Assembly (NCBI GenBank): GCA_048571215.1
Contig: CP182352.1
Span: 736,001-800,000, forward strand
Length of the DNA stretch: 64,000 nt
DNA from: Halarcobacter sp.
Lineage (GTDB): Bacteria; Campylobacterota; Campylobacteria; Campylobacterales; Arcobacteraceae
Reading direction: 5' to 3'
In this document: piece after piece, positions 1-10,199 of the stretch
Layout of the letters: the number at the start of each line of letters is the position of its first letter
How positions within the stretch are numbered: the first letter of the stretch is position 1
The notes under the pieces: model-generated
Databases searched by the model: none
What the model saw: the letters and a program-made list of their open reading frames with translations, nothing else
Told to the model about the DNA's origin: nothing
Translations under genes and position numbers: made by a program

Positions 1-411
1 TATTAGTGAGTTTAATCTTTTACCAAACATCTCCATTTTGAACTCTCTAAAAGACTCAGAATTATTTATTAACCAAAGTACAGTCTCTTTGGGCAACAAC
101 CATCCCTCAATAGGTGTTATTGTTTCTGCTGTTGCTAGAGTTTGGTTTTGGCTTATTGTACTAAATAAATTAACTACACATTGACTACCTGGATTTACTT
201 CATAAAGGGTCATCTCTTCTGAACCAATCTCTTTTGGTTGGATATATACTCTTACTACACCACTTTTTAAGAACAGTACATGTTGACAAGTATCTCCTAT
301 ATAGTAAAGTATATGTTTAGAAGGCAAAATAATAGATTTTGCATCAGTTAAGATTTTTAATTTTTCTTTTTCGCTAATCTCTTTAAAACAATGATAATCT
401 AAAAGTTCCAT
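1..411 (-). CDS. Crp/Fnr-family transcriptional regulator (cNMP-binding domain; 3' end runs off window)
   Basis: Not in ORF track. Manual translation from ATG at 411: MELLDYHCFKEISEKEKIKILTDAKSIILPSKHILYYIGDTCQHVLFLKSGVVRVY...EMTLYEVNPGSQC...ATAETITPIEGWLLPK, open to position 1; cNMP-binding-domain pattern; AAGGA RBS upstream. Confidence 0.85.
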   Translation of the reverse strand, partial: MELLDYHCFKEISEKEKLKILTDAKSIILPSKHILYYIGDTCQHVLFLKSGVVRVYIQPKEIGSEEMTLYEVNPGSQCVVNLFSTISQNQTLATAETITPIEGWLLPKETVLWLINNSESFREFKMEMFGKRLNSLI

Positions 412-468
412 TGATGATCCTTTTTATAATTAAGAAGTAATTTTAACAAAATAGTTCCAAAAACTCTT

Positions 469-1080
469 TTATTTGCTTTCACTTTGTATACTCCTAATAT
501 ATGTTGCCAATGCTTTCATCTCTCGAATAGACAATCTATCTTTAAAATTAGGCATTGTACCAATAACTCCTTTTTTCCCATTTGATAGTACAGTTGCTAC
601 TAAATCATCACTATAAAATTTTATATTTGGTGCAATTAGATTTATACCCTCCCCACTATCATCATGGCATGTTGCACAGGTTTTCCATCCTTTTGGTTTT
701 TTCCCTTTTAGTCCATGCGCTACATATTTTGCAACTTTTTTTGCTTCATCTTCTTTTAATAATCCAGCAGGCATTCCAGAAGGATATATAGATTTAAAAT
801 TATTAGAGCCATTATTTATCACATCCAAAACAGATTTTTCAGCAATTCTTTTTGTATGATTTTGTGCTTTGTTATCGTTTCCTTTTCCGTCTTTTCCATG
901 ACAAGAGGTGCAGTGAACCATATATGTAGTCTTACCTACATTTACAAGTTGTTCAGTTTTTGTTAAAGCAGATACCTCTTTACCAAACTTATTAAAATGT
1001 ACCAATTCTACTGCCATTAGTAGTTTTGAGATTAATAGGGTAGCAAACAGCGTCACACCTGTAATTATTAAATACTTCAT
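469..1080 (-). CDS. Membrane-anchored di-heme cytochrome c (CcoP/FixP-like)
   Basis: Two CxxCH motifs (CTSCH, CATCH), GMPA and GTMP axial-Met motifs, N-terminal hydrophobic helix; ATG at 1080 has GGAGA RBS (track start 1092 is TTG). Confidence 0.85.
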   Translation of the reverse strand: MKYLIITGVTLFATLLISKLLMAVELVHFNKFGKEVSALTKTEQLVNVGKTTYMVHCTSCHGKDGKGNDNKAQNHTKRIAEKSVLDVINNGSNNFKSIYPSGMPAGLLKEDEAKKVAKYVAHGLKGKKPKGWKTCATCHDDSGEGINLIAPNIKFYSDDLVATVLSNGKKGVIGTMPNFKDRLSIREMKALATYIRSIQSESK

Positions 1081-1130
1081 GTTTTTCTCCAATTTTAAAT
1101 ATATTTATGATTATAAATATTTTGGAACTT

Positions 1131-1158
1131 TTTTTATGTGAGTCAAATCACATAAAAA
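1131..1158. promoter_or_regulatory. Crp/Fnr-family operator (TGTGA-N6-TCACA)
   Basis: tttttaTGTGAgtcaaaTCACAtaaaaa: exact CRP core at 1137-1152 with palindromic flanks, in the divergent intergenic region next to a Crp/Fnr gene. Confidence 0.75.
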
Positions 1159-1207
1159 AAAATGAAAATCGATTAATATTTTATTATCAAAACCAAAGGA
1201 TAACTCA

Positions 1208-2470
1208 ATGAAACTCTTTTTTATTGTACTAATCACACTAAATATTTTTGCAAATGACAAGTTAGAACTAATAGATTTAGCTTATAAAAGTGGCTTAGAA
1301 CCTGTTCCTAAAAACTTTGAAACTCTTTTGATAAAATTAAAAACTGATTCAAATACTTTAACAAAAGAGAAAATAGTTCTTGGGAAAAAACTCTTTTTTG
1401 AAAAAGAGTTATCCCTAAATAAAGATATATCGTGTGCTTCATGTCATAGTTTTAAAAAAGGTGGTGCAGATGGAATTAGTACAGCAATAGGGCATAAAAA
1501 AAGAGTAAATCCTTTTCATTTAAATACTCCAACAGTTTTAAATACTGCTTTTTCGAAAAACTATTTTTGGAATGGGAGAAGTAAAGCCTTAGAAGATCAA
1601 GCAAAAGGACCTTTGCAAGCACCATTTGAGATGTCCATAACTCCAAAACTAGCAGAAGAAAGAATACAAAATAATAAAGAGTATAGAAAGTTATTTAAAA
1701 AAATCTATAATGAGGATGATATTACCTTTGAAAATATTGTTAATGCTATAGCATCATATGAAAAAATCCTTATCACAAAAGGTAGATTTGATGATTTTTT
1801 ATTGGGTGATTTTAATGCTTTGAATAAAAAAGAAAAAGAGGGCTTAAAACTTTTTATTTCTAAAAGTTGTGTTGGTTGCCACAATGGTATGGGACTTGGT
1901 GGACAGGTTTTAAGAAAATTCCCCTTATCTTTTCATAAAGTTTGGAGTTTAAGTAATCCTACTGAAATAAAATACTTAGAAAAGAAATATTTGGATCAAA
2001 TGAATATATTAAAAAATATGAAATCTTTTAATAATACAAAAAGAATAGAATACTTAAATTCACAATTGTCAAAAAAAGAGATGAACTTATTAAAAGAAGG
2101 GTTTTTTAGTCAAATTAATAAAGAAAAAAGAATAGATGTTATTGCAAACCAATCCTGTACCCTTTGTCACATAAAAGATAGTTATGAAGTAAAAAGTACG
2201 ATAGAAGAAAATGTAGCTTTCCCCTTTGAAAATATAGGTGGATTCTTAGGTTCTAAAAAGCCAAAAAAATATTTTAGAGTACCCTTACTTAGAAATGTAG
2301 TTGAAACAAAACCTTATTTTCACAATGGAAGTGTAGAAAAGCTCGAAGATGCAATACGAATTATGGGTACTCATCAAAGTAGAAACGACCTATCGGATGA
2401 GCAGATTGAAAAGATAAAAGCTTTTCTAGAATCTGTAAATGGAGAAATAGTAAATTATAAAATAGAGTAG
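1208..2470 (+). CDS. Cytochrome c peroxidase (CCP/MauG family) with a third CxxCH
   Basis: Signal peptide, LGKKLFFE, CASCH, NTPTVLN, FWNGR, CVGCH, FRVPLLRNV, PYFHNGS; extra CTLCH. Confidence 0.9.
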   Translation: MKLFFIVLITLNIFANDKLELIDLAYKSGLEPVPKNFETLLIKLKTDSNTLTKEKIVLGKKLFFEKELSLNKDISCASCHSFKKGGADGISTAIGHKKRVNPFHLNTPTVLNTAFSKNYFWNGRSKALEDQAKGPLQAPFEMSITPKLAEERIQNNKEYRKLFKKIYNEDDITFENIVNAIASYEKILITKGRFDDFLLGDFNALNKKEKEGLKLFISKSCVGCHNGMGLGGQVLRKFPLSFHKVWSLSNPTEIKYLEKKYLDQMNILKNMKSFNNTKRIEYLNSQLSKKEMNLLKEGFFSQINKEKRIDVIANQSCTLCHIKDSYEVKSTIEENVAFPFENIGGFLGSKKPKKYFRVPLLRNVVETKPYFHNGSVEKLEDAIRIMGTHQSRNDLSDEQIEKIKAFLESVNGEIVNYKIE

Positions 2471-2549
2471 AATCTAAACTTTGTTAACTAAAATCAAAGG
2501 GTAAGTGATAACGATAACTTGCTAGTTCACTAAAATAGGCAACAGTTTA

Positions 2550-2573
2550 ATAATCAACTAAACAGTTGATTAT
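2550..2573. terminator. Hairpin between convergent genes
   Basis: ataatcaact-aaac-agttgattat 10-bp inverted repeat. Confidence 0.45.
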
Positions 2574-2626
2574 ATCTATCTCTTTAGAGTTTTATAGTGT
2601 TATACTTATAAAAGTTTTATTTACAT

Positions 2627-2833
2627 TTATGCTATATGTTTTTTATATTGATTTATTGATTCAAAAATTATATCCCAAATTTCAGATAGTTCTGACACAT
2701 CTTTTTGATTAAATAAATTAGAAACATCTTGTGCCATTTCATTGCTGTCAAGCTCATAACGAATCACTTTATCGTTAAACTTAACTACTATATTTTTGTT
2801 TTCTGCTGTAGCTGTATAATTACGTTCGATCAT
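2627..2833 (-). CDS. Small hypothetical protein
   Basis: 68-aa ORF with AGGA RBS upstream; no recognised motif. Confidence 0.6.
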   Translation of the reverse strand: MIERNYTATAENKNIVVKFNDKVIRYELDSNEMAQDVSNLFNQKDVSELSEIWDIIFESINQYKKHIA

Positions 2834-3000
2834 GTTTTATTCCTATCTATTTTTTTAAATACAAATAATTGAGAAAATAATACACTAAGAAAGTAGTCAT
2901 AAAGTAGTGAAAAGTTTCTAATATATTAAATCTCATAAAAATAAACTATATTAAATAAAATCTAGAAAAATTAAACAATATAATAGGTAATTAATTTTTT

Positions 3001-4698
3001 CTATGAAGAACATGTAATATGTGACACCCCAGCGATTCCAAAATAGTCTGATGGTTTTTTATTATAGTATTTTTCTTCTATTTCCTTTGATTGTTCATCA
3101 TATGGATTTGTCATCACTTTTTGTAACTCCTGTACTAGTTTATAGTTTCCATTTTGGGCTTCTTGGTATGCTTTTACTAGATGCAATTCTCTTAAAGTGT
3201 ATTTTGGATTGTTTAGTTTCATTTTATTTGAGAGGTTTTCTATAGACTCTTTTGAGGTTATATCTATTTTTGCTCTGTATTTTTCTAGCCAATTATTCCA
3301 TTTTGATTTTAAATTTTCATTTGCACTTATATAAAAACTTATTTCAAGTTCTTTAACATCAGTTGGTATATTTGAAAGCTCTCTAAAAAATATAGTGTAG
3401 TCGACTTTAGTTTCAATCATAAGATTAATTAGTTCATTAAATAACTCAAAATTAAAATTATTAAGACCTAGTTTATCTGCCCACATTTTTTCTATTTTTT
3501 CTTGCATAGTTTTAGAAAAGTTTTCTTCAACTCTTTCAAGTTCTTTTAATGTTTCTGGAGATGAATTAATTAAAGGTTTCAAGGCACTACAAAAGGATTT
3601 GAAGTTTTTATAGGCTGCTTGGGGTTGATTGAAAAATGAAAAGTGTACTCCTCCACCTGTCCAAGGTTGATACTCTGGGTCAAACATATCAATAAAACCA
3701 AAAGGACCATAGTCTAGTGTATATCCTCCTGCTGCACAGTTATCACTGTTGAAATTACCTTGACAATATCCAACTCTTATCCAGTTTGATACTAATGATG
3801 TAAGACGATTTTGAAACTGTTTTGCCAATTGTATTACCTTTTCTTCCAGATTTAGGTCTTGATTGATAGTATCCTTATATTCTCTATCAATTAGATGTAA
3901 AAAAAGCATTTCTAACTCTTTTAAAGCATCTGGATGCTCATTTTTTCTAGCTCTTCTTCCAAAAAGTTCAAGTTGTCCAACCCGTATAAATGAGGGTGCT
4001 ACTCTAGTAGTTATTGCCACATCTTCTTCTATCATAAGCTCTGGATCTCTTGAATAAGAATTAGGTCTAAACCAAGATCTTTGTACTTGCTCTTTTTTAG
4101 AGGTAAATAGAGTTAAAGATCTTGAAGTTGGAACTTGTAAAGAGTGCATATGCTCCTGAGCTAAAAACTCACGAATACTTGATCTTAAAACTGCACGCCC
4201 ATCAGCACCTCTACAGTATGGTGTTCTACCTGCACCTTTTAGTTGAAATTCCCACCGTTTGTCATTTATTACAGCTTCTAAAACTGAGATGGCTCTACCA
4301 TCACCATAAGCATTTTCAGTTTGAAAAGGGCACTGTGCATAATATTCTGTACCATAAATAGATAGAGCATATCCAGTTGCCCAGCCTTTATCTTTCATAG
4401 GTTTGCTAACATTTGAAATGTCCCCTGAAAACATCTTGATAAATTTATCTTCTTTTAAAAGAGCTTCACTAAAACCTAATTCTTTAAAAAAGTTTTTACT
4501 ATGGGAAATATATATTGGATCTTTTATAGGAGTAGGGCTTACACTTACGTAGTGTCCACTAAAAACCTCCCTTGGCATTTTATTATCTCCATTAAATTTT
4601 GCATCAGGGTCACTATTAAGTTTGTTTACAAAAGAATAATCAGTTAAAGAGCTAAGTTCATCAAATGTTTCTATATTTTTTTTGGAATTTTCTTTCAT
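3001..4698 (-). CDS. selO: Protein adenylyltransferase SelO/YdiU
   Basis: [46 protein letters not shown]-terminal CSS. Confidence 0.93.
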   Translation of the reverse strand: MKENSKKNIETFDELSSLTDYSFVNKLNSDPDAKFNGDNKMPREVFSGHYVSVSPTPIKDPIYISHSKNFFKELGFSEALLKEDKFIKMFSGDISNVSKPMKDKGWATGYALSIYGTEYYAQCPFQTENAYGDGRAISVLEAVINDKRWEFQLKGAGRTPYCRGADGRAVLRSSIREFLAQEHMHSLQVPTSRSLTLFTSKKEQVQRSWFRPNSYSRDPELMIEEDVAITTRVAPSFIRVGQLELFGRRARKNEHPDALKELEMLFLHLIDREYKDTINQDLNLEEKVIQLAKQFQNRLTSLVSNWIRVGYCQGNFNSDNCAAGGYTLDYGPFGFIDMFDPEYQPWTGGGVHFSFFNQPQAAYKNFKSFCSALKPLINSSPETLKELERVEENFSKTMQEKIEKMWADKLGLNNFNFELFNELINLMIETKVDYTIFFRELSNIPTDVKELEISFYISANENLKSKWNNWLEKYRAKIDITSKESIENLSNKMKLNNPKYTLRELHLVKAYQEAQNGNYKLVQELQKVMTNPYDEQSKEIEEKYYNKKPSDYFGIAGVSHITCSS

Positions 4699-4882
4699 CT
4701 ATTTTGTCCATTTATTTTTTATTTATTAAGATTTTTAACATAACTAATTAAAAAGCATAGAAAAAATAAGATTTAGAAAATTTTATTAAGTCAAAATAAA
4801 TTTTGTAAAATAAGATTTTTAAGAAATTTTTTAAAATATATGTTAAAATCAAATTTAAGTATATATATTTCAAGGTGTTGTT

Positions 4883-5275
4883 GTGTCTATTTTTGCTTTA
4901 CAATCATTGGCCGGTGGCTTTCTAGATGAAGATTTAGAACATTTTAATAAAAATTTTGATGACTGGTGTATTCAGTTTGAGAGTTATGAAGATGCTATGG
5001 ATATAGTACAAACTCTTGAAAATCAAGAAGCTATAGATATTGTTGAGATAACACCATTAAGCTACCCAAAATATTTTTTTAACTCTTTACAAGGTACTAT
5101 TTACGCAACACGACAGATTGAAGATAAGATTGTTTGTGTTGTAGAACCATTTATGGGCTCAAGTTTTAAAATTGCAGTATGTGATCTTAAAACTAAAAAT
5201 GTAAGATTATCAAAGACTAGTTATAAAAATATTCCAAGTATTGAGAATGCCTTTGCAAATTTTGGAGATATCTAA
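4883..5275 (+). CDS. Hypothetical protein
   Basis: 130-aa ORF with GTG start and AAGG RBS; no recognised motif. Confidence 0.7.
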   Translation: MSIFALQSLAGGFLDEDLEHFNKNFDDWCIQFESYEDAMDIVQTLENQEAIDIVEITPLSYPKYFFNSLQGTIYATRQIEDKIVCVVEPFMGSSFKIAVCDLKTKNVRLSKTSYKNIPSIENAFANFGDI

Positions 5276-5441
5276 AAACACAATTTAAATTTGCATCTTA
5301 GAAGTTTGCTTTTAACTTTTCTTTTCCCCTTGTATCTTACGGAAACTAAAAAGGAAATTTATTTTGTTTATTTTCCATAATTACTTTACTATAAGTTGCA
5401 ATTAATTACTATGGAGTAATTGATTTTTATAGGAAGAGTAG

Positions 5442-5960
5442 ATGCAAGAAAACCAACTAAAAGCTTTTGTAAAACAAAACTCACCATGGATATTTGAGTA
5501 TATCAACAGTGAAATATTAAAAGATATAGGTAAAATTAGTCCAAATTATTTTATAACACTTATTGATGATTTTTTTGCTAAAAGTTCAGATATAAAAATA
5601 GATGATAAAGATATCTCTGCTGATAGATTCCCATATTTTCTTTTTACTTTGGTTTTGGGTGAAGCAAAAAAGCCATATACTTTTTTTAGAAAAGAGACTA
5701 TGAGTTTAAATGAGCTTTATAAAGAGGTTTCTGTTTATTATAATTATGTTCGATTTTTTATAAAAGGTGATGATTTTTGTATTGATTTGATTCAAACAAA
5801 GATGGGAGTAACATCATTAGATGAAGAGATTATAAAGTTTTCAAAACGAATTCCTATGAAAAATACAGGTATTAAAGAGTTTATAAATAAAAGAGAAGAT
5901 GAGGTATTAAATGAAAGCTTACAAAAAATAAAACAAGAGATCAATACTATTCTTGACTAA
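5442..5960 (+). CDS. Hypothetical protein
   Basis: 172-aa ORF with AGGAAG RBS. Confidence 0.7.
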   Translation: MQENQLKAFVKQNSPWIFEYINSEILKDIGKISPNYFITLIDDFFAKSSDIKIDDKDISADRFPYFLFTLVLGEAKKPYTFFRKETMSLNELYKEVSVYYNYVRFFIKGDDFCIDLIQTKMGVTSLDEEIIKFSKRIPMKNTGIKEFINKREDEVLNESLQKIKQEINTILD

Positions 5961-6225
5961 AGTTTAAGAACAAATCTTGCATAGCAATTTTTATGAGTAC
6001 CTATCCTTTATATTGCAATAATTGCAAAAAAAATTATAATGTTCGTAAAGAAGATTTAGAACTAATGAAAAAACATAACAAAGAGTTTGATGGAAAAGAG
6101 TATCTTAAAGGTTGTTTCTTTAAAGATTTAACAAATATCAAAAAATCAAAATCAAACTAATATATACAATATAAGTTTAAGAAGATATAATTTTCTTTGT
6201 TAAATATTATTATATGGATTAAAAA

Positions 6226-7041
6226 ATGAAATTAAAAAAATGGCTATTTTTAGCAGTAGTACTTGTTATTTTGTATTATACCTTTATTGTAAATACTTTT
6301 CTAACTTTTGCAGTTATTGCTGCTTTAATCATAGCCTTTAAACTATATAAGTTTTATGCTAATAAGAGATTAAATAAGTTAACAAGTTCAAAAGAGGCTT
6401 TTAGAGAAAGTGAGTTGGGACATTTTATTGCACTTGTTGCAAAAGTTGCAAAAGCAGATGGTAGAGTTCAAGAGTTAGAAGCCCAACTTATTAGCATGAT
6501 GTTTGATGATATCTCTAAAGTATTTGATGAAAAAGAAAAAGCTAGAGCTATTATGAAAGAGATTTTCAATGAAGAGAAACAAACTCTTGATGATACAAAG
6601 CAGATAACTCAATCTTTAAATAAACTTCTTAGTAAAAGCTTATTAAAACGAAGACAATATATAAGCTTTTTAATTCAACTTGCGTATATTGATAGTGGAA
6701 TTGGTTCTGATGAAGAGAAACTTTTACGGCAAATTATAAAAGATTTAAATATGTCACCAGAAGTTTATGATGCCATTGTTAATAGTTTTGAAAATAGAAT
6801 GAAAAATGCTCAACAAACAATGAGTGCTTCAGAAGCTTATAAAATCTTAGGTGTAAATGAAAATGATGATATGAATAGTATCAAAAAAGCTTATAGAAAG
6901 CTAATTAGAGAGTATCATCCAGATATTATAAGTTCGCAAGATAAAGATGAATCTTATATGGAAGAAGCAACTGCAAAAACACAAGAGATAAATCAAGCTT
7001 ATCAAGTTATCAAAGACCTTAGGAGTAAAAATGGATTATAA
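6226..7041 (+). CDS. DjlA-like co-chaperone (TM + TerB-like + DnaJ domain)
   Basis: N-terminal TM, KVAKADGRV TerB-like motif, C-terminal J domain AYKILG...IKKAYRKLIREYHPD. Confidence 0.88.
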   Translation: MKLKKWLFLAVVLVILYYTFIVNTFLTFAVIAALIIAFKLYKFYANKRLNKLTSSKEAFRESELGHFIALVAKVAKADGRVQELEAQLISMMFDDISKVFDEKEKARAIMKEIFNEEKQTLDDTKQITQSLNKLLSKSLLKRRQYISFLIQLAYIDSGIGSDEEKLLRQIIKDLNMSPEVYDAIVNSFENRMKNAQQTMSASEAYKILGVNENDDMNSIKKAYRKLIREYHPDIISSQDKDESYMEEATAKTQEINQAYQVIKDLRSKNGL

Positions 7042-7633
7042 AAAATTTGCCGAACTTAGTCCTTGCGATTATGCAGGACCTTTACAAAGAGAAAACTTCA
7101 TGGATGCAGGAATAAAACAGTTGTGGTTAGATATTCCAAGAATAGCAGGACCAGCTTTTACTGTTAAGATGGTTGCAGGGGATAACTTAGCACTTCATAG
7201 GGCAATCTATGAGGCACCAAAGGGTTCAATTATAGTTGCGCAAACAAACTCAATGGATTATGCAGTTTCTGGTGGAAATGTATGTGCCATAGCACAAGGG
7301 CTTGGTATTGCTGGATTTGTTATTGATGGTGTTGTTCGCGATATTGGAGAAGTTAAGCAGATGAAATTTCCTATTTTTGGTAGGGGAGTTATACCAATGC
7401 CAGGTATAAAAAAAGCAGTTTTACCTTTGAATACTCCAATCGTAGCAGGGGGTATTGATGTTAATCCTGGGGATATTATAGTTGCAGATGAAGAGGGTAT
7501 TGCTGTAATACCAAAAGATAAAGCAAATGAAATATATGAAGAAGCTAAAAAAAGAGTTGATGAAGAAGCAGCTATGGGGTTAGAAAAATGGGCTGAAAAT
7601 CATCGTAAAAAAATAGATTCATTTTATAAATAA
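7031..7633 (+). CDS. RraA family / HMG-aldolase-like protein
   Basis: GPAFTV, GDNL, GG, VIDGVVRD, VNPGDIIVADEEG. Confidence 0.88.
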   Translation: MDYKKFAELSPCDYAGPLQRENFMDAGIKQLWLDIPRIAGPAFTVKMVAGDNLALHRAIYEAPKGSIIVAQTNSMDYAVSGGNVCAIAQGLGIAGFVIDGVVRDIGEVKQMKFPIFGRGVIPMPGIKKAVLPLNTPIVAGGIDVNPGDIIVADEEGIAVIPKDKANEIYEEAKKRVDEEAAMGLEKWAENHRKKIDSFYK

Positions 7634-7665
7634 GTATTGATATGGATGAAATCTATTTTATATAA

Positions 7666-8901
7666 TTAGTCAATTGTTACTGTCTGATTTCTTCCCATAT
7701 CTTTTGCTTTATAAAGTGCCTTATCTACAGCTCTTATAAATTGGTCTAAGCTAAGCTCTTGTTTAGGGACACCTAGTCCAATACTAACTGTTAAATTATA
7801 TTTTTGAATATCTTTAGACTCTTTGATAGATAAGTGTAGTTTTTGTGCAAGAGAAAGGGCATTGTCTATATCACTATTTGGATAAATTATTATAAACTCT
7901 TCTCCACCCCATCTACCTACTGTATCTGTTTGTCTTGTAGATTCTTTTAATATTTCTGCTAAGTATTTTAATACTTTATCTCCCTCTTGATGCCCATATT
8001 TGTCATTGATACTTTTAAAATGATCTAAATCTAACATCAATAAAGCAAAAGAGGTGCCATTTTTTTGGAAGTTATCATAGTGTACTTGCAATTCATTATC
8101 CAATTTATATCTATTATAAAGTTTTGTAAGAGAATCAGTAATAGATTTTTTTGAAACCTCTTGGTACTCTTTTTGTTTATCTCTTATAATATTTTTATAT
8201 GCAATAAGTATTGGAATAATAGCAATTAAAAATAGTAGAAAAGATAGGAGTGTTTTGATTGTATTTTGTTTCAAAATGCGGTTTACATGTGAAATGTCCA
8301 TATCAACTCCTATAACATATAGGTTTCCCTTTGCTGTTTGTATAGGAAGAACGATAGAACGGTATGTTCCCCATCTATCACTAAAAATAGGCACATAAAA
8401 TGGTTTATATATTTTATTTGGTGTAATATAATCTGTACTTAAATGTTCAAAACTATTTTTTAAAGTTTCACTTGCATCTGGATAGGGTGTAAAATACCGA
8501 ACTTCAGTGTTATTTTTTATCTCAGAAGCTAAAGCACTAGAACTAGTTAGATAGTATTTCTTATCTTTATAGCGTATTACAGTATAAAGAAATTTTGTAC
8601 CCAATTGATTGTTTAACTTTGTAAGGTTTTTGATATTTTGAAAATCTTCTTTTTCACTTATAGATGTGGCAGAGCTTACCCTATCATGAAAGTCATCTTC
8701 TAATACAAAAGGTACTGCAACAGCTGCTGAATAGAGTTGTTTATCTATTTGGGCAATTAGATGTTCTTTCTCATTGAAATAATTCCAAATTGAATAAAGA
8801 GTTAAGATAGTGGTTGTAAAGCCTACTGCGGCTGCCATTTTTATACTATCACGTTTCATGAAATAATAAAGATTAAACCTTTTTATATATTTTATAATCA
8901 T
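7666..8901 (-). CDS. Membrane-bound diguanylate cyclase (periplasmic Cache-like sensor + GGDEF)
   Basis: Two TM helices, DRWG sensor motif, DLDHFKSINDKYGHQEGD, RQTD I-site, GGEEF; true start may be 8859. Confidence 0.9.
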   Translation of the reverse strand: MIIKYIKRFNLYYFMKRDSIKMAAAVGFTTTILTLYSIWNYFNEKEHLIAQIDKQLYSAAVAVPFVLEDDFHDRVSSATSISEKEDFQNIKNLTKLNNQLGTKFLYTVIRYKDKKYYLTSSSALASEIKNNTEVRYFTPYPDASETLKNSFEHLSTDYITPNKIYKPFYVPIFSDRWGTYRSIVLPIQTAKGNLYVIGVDMDISHVNRILKQNTIKTLLSFLLFLIAIIPILIAYKNIIRDKQKEYQEVSKKSITDSLTKLYNRYKLDNELQVHYDNFQKNGTSFALLMLDLDHFKSINDKYGHQEGDKVLKYLAEILKESTRQTDTVGRWGGEEFIIIYPNSDIDNALSLAQKLHLSIKESKDIQKYNLTVSIGLGVPKQELSLDQFIRAVDKALYKAKDMGRNQTVTID

Positions 8902-8967
8902 ATAGTATACATTAATTATTTTGTAAACTAATTAAATTGTAAACAATATAGTTATTATTTTGTAAAA

Positions 8968-9297
8968 TTAGTCTATTGTTTGTATATCTACAAGTTCTAT
9001 TTCAGCACAATCTTTTTTTGTAAGTTTCCTTGTTTTTGCATCCTCTTCTGCAAGTGATATTAAATCTGCAAAGTCATCTTTATTTACTTCAAACTGATAT
9101 AGCTCTTTTTGAGTTTCTATTTTTATTTTTGATTCATTCTCTTTTGTCAAAATATCAATATTTCTAATTCCCTTTGCAAATTCACTTTTTATAGTTTTTG
9201 CAACCTTTTCATTTGAAAGTAGTTTTTCTAAAGTAAGCTCTAAGTTGAAGTCATTTTTACATAATAATTTATATGTTACTATCATTTTCCCATCCAC
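8968..9297 (-). CDS. Hypothetical protein
   Basis: 109-aa ORF with AAGGA RBS. Confidence 0.7.
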   Translation of the reverse strand: MDGKMIVTYKLLCKNDFNLELTLEKLLSNEKVAKTIKSEFAKGIRNIDILTKENESKIKIETQKELYQFEVNKDDFADLISLAEEDAKTRKLTKKDCAEIELVDIQTID

Positions 9298-9412
9298 TTT
9301 TAATCCTTTTTATAAATTTTAGTACTTTGTTTTCTTATTTTTATAAATAGTATTTTATCAGTAAAAAATAGTGATATACAAAAATATTACAGATTGTAAT
9401 CAAATTATGATT

Positions 9413-10144
9413 TTAATCTATTTTATCATATTTAGCAAAATTGTTGTATTTAAGAACAGCAATTATTTTTTTAACGTATTCTTCCCCTTGTTCAGAATAA
9501 TTTGTAAGTTTTTTTGCTATCTCAATGGGATCATTAGTATAAAAGTTAGTTTTTTTAAATTCAAAATATATTTTTTTTGATGATAACATTTTATAATACT
9601 GTTTAATGGCATCTTCTATAGTTGCAAATTTTTTTAAGTAAATAGTTGTATCTTCCCTTTTTTCATATGCAGCAATTCGAGGTTCATTTTTATTAAATGA
9701 CCAAACACCAAAAACATTATTGGCTTCTTTTAAAAACCTTGAAGTTCCCCATGCACTTTCTATGGCTGCTTGTGATAAAGTTATACTTATTGGGTGGGGT
9801 TTTAAAGCTATTAAAAGATTTTCATTGGTTTTTACATTGTACTCTTTTTTAAGTTTATCAAGTTTTTCATTTGTAGGTTCTAGTTCTATTAGTTTTTTAG
9901 CTTCTAAAAAATTTTCATATAAGTTATCATATACCTTTGTAACTTTTGGAATAAAAAGTTTATCAAATCTTCTTTTTTTATCACTTACTAATATCTCTTT
10001 TTTCTTTTCTACTTTCTTAGGTTTTAACTCTTTTGTTTGTTTTATAGTACTTTTATTTATTTGGGTATAAGATAAGTATAGAGTAAAAAATAGTAATAAA
10101 ACAAGTATTAATTTTTCTTTTAATCCAATTTTTGTATTGTTCAT
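9413..10144 (-). CDS. Glucosaminidase-domain (GH73, Bax-like) protein
   Basis: LSQAAIESAWGTSRF, NNVFGVW, NYSE..Y motifs; N-terminal TM. Confidence 0.85.
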   Translation of the reverse strand: MNNTKIGLKEKLILVLLLFFTLYLSYTQINKSTIKQTKELKPKKVEKKKEILVSDKKRRFDKLFIPKVTKVYDNLYENFLEAKKLIELEPTNEKLDKLKKEYNVKTNENLLIALKPHPISITLSQAAIESAWGTSRFLKEANNVFGVWSFNKNEPRIAAYEKREDTTIYLKKFATIEDAIKQYYKMLSSKKIYFEFKKTNFYTNDPIEIAKKLTNYSEQGEEYVKKIIAVLKYNNFAKYDKID

Positions 10145-10199
10145 AAGTTAAAACCTTAATATCATTTTATAGATTATAAAGACTAGTTAAAGCTAGCCT

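Noticed and set aside
3001..3015. Selenocysteine at the SelO C-terminus
   Set aside because: Ends TGT TCT TCA TAG (CSS, amber stop); no in-frame TGA
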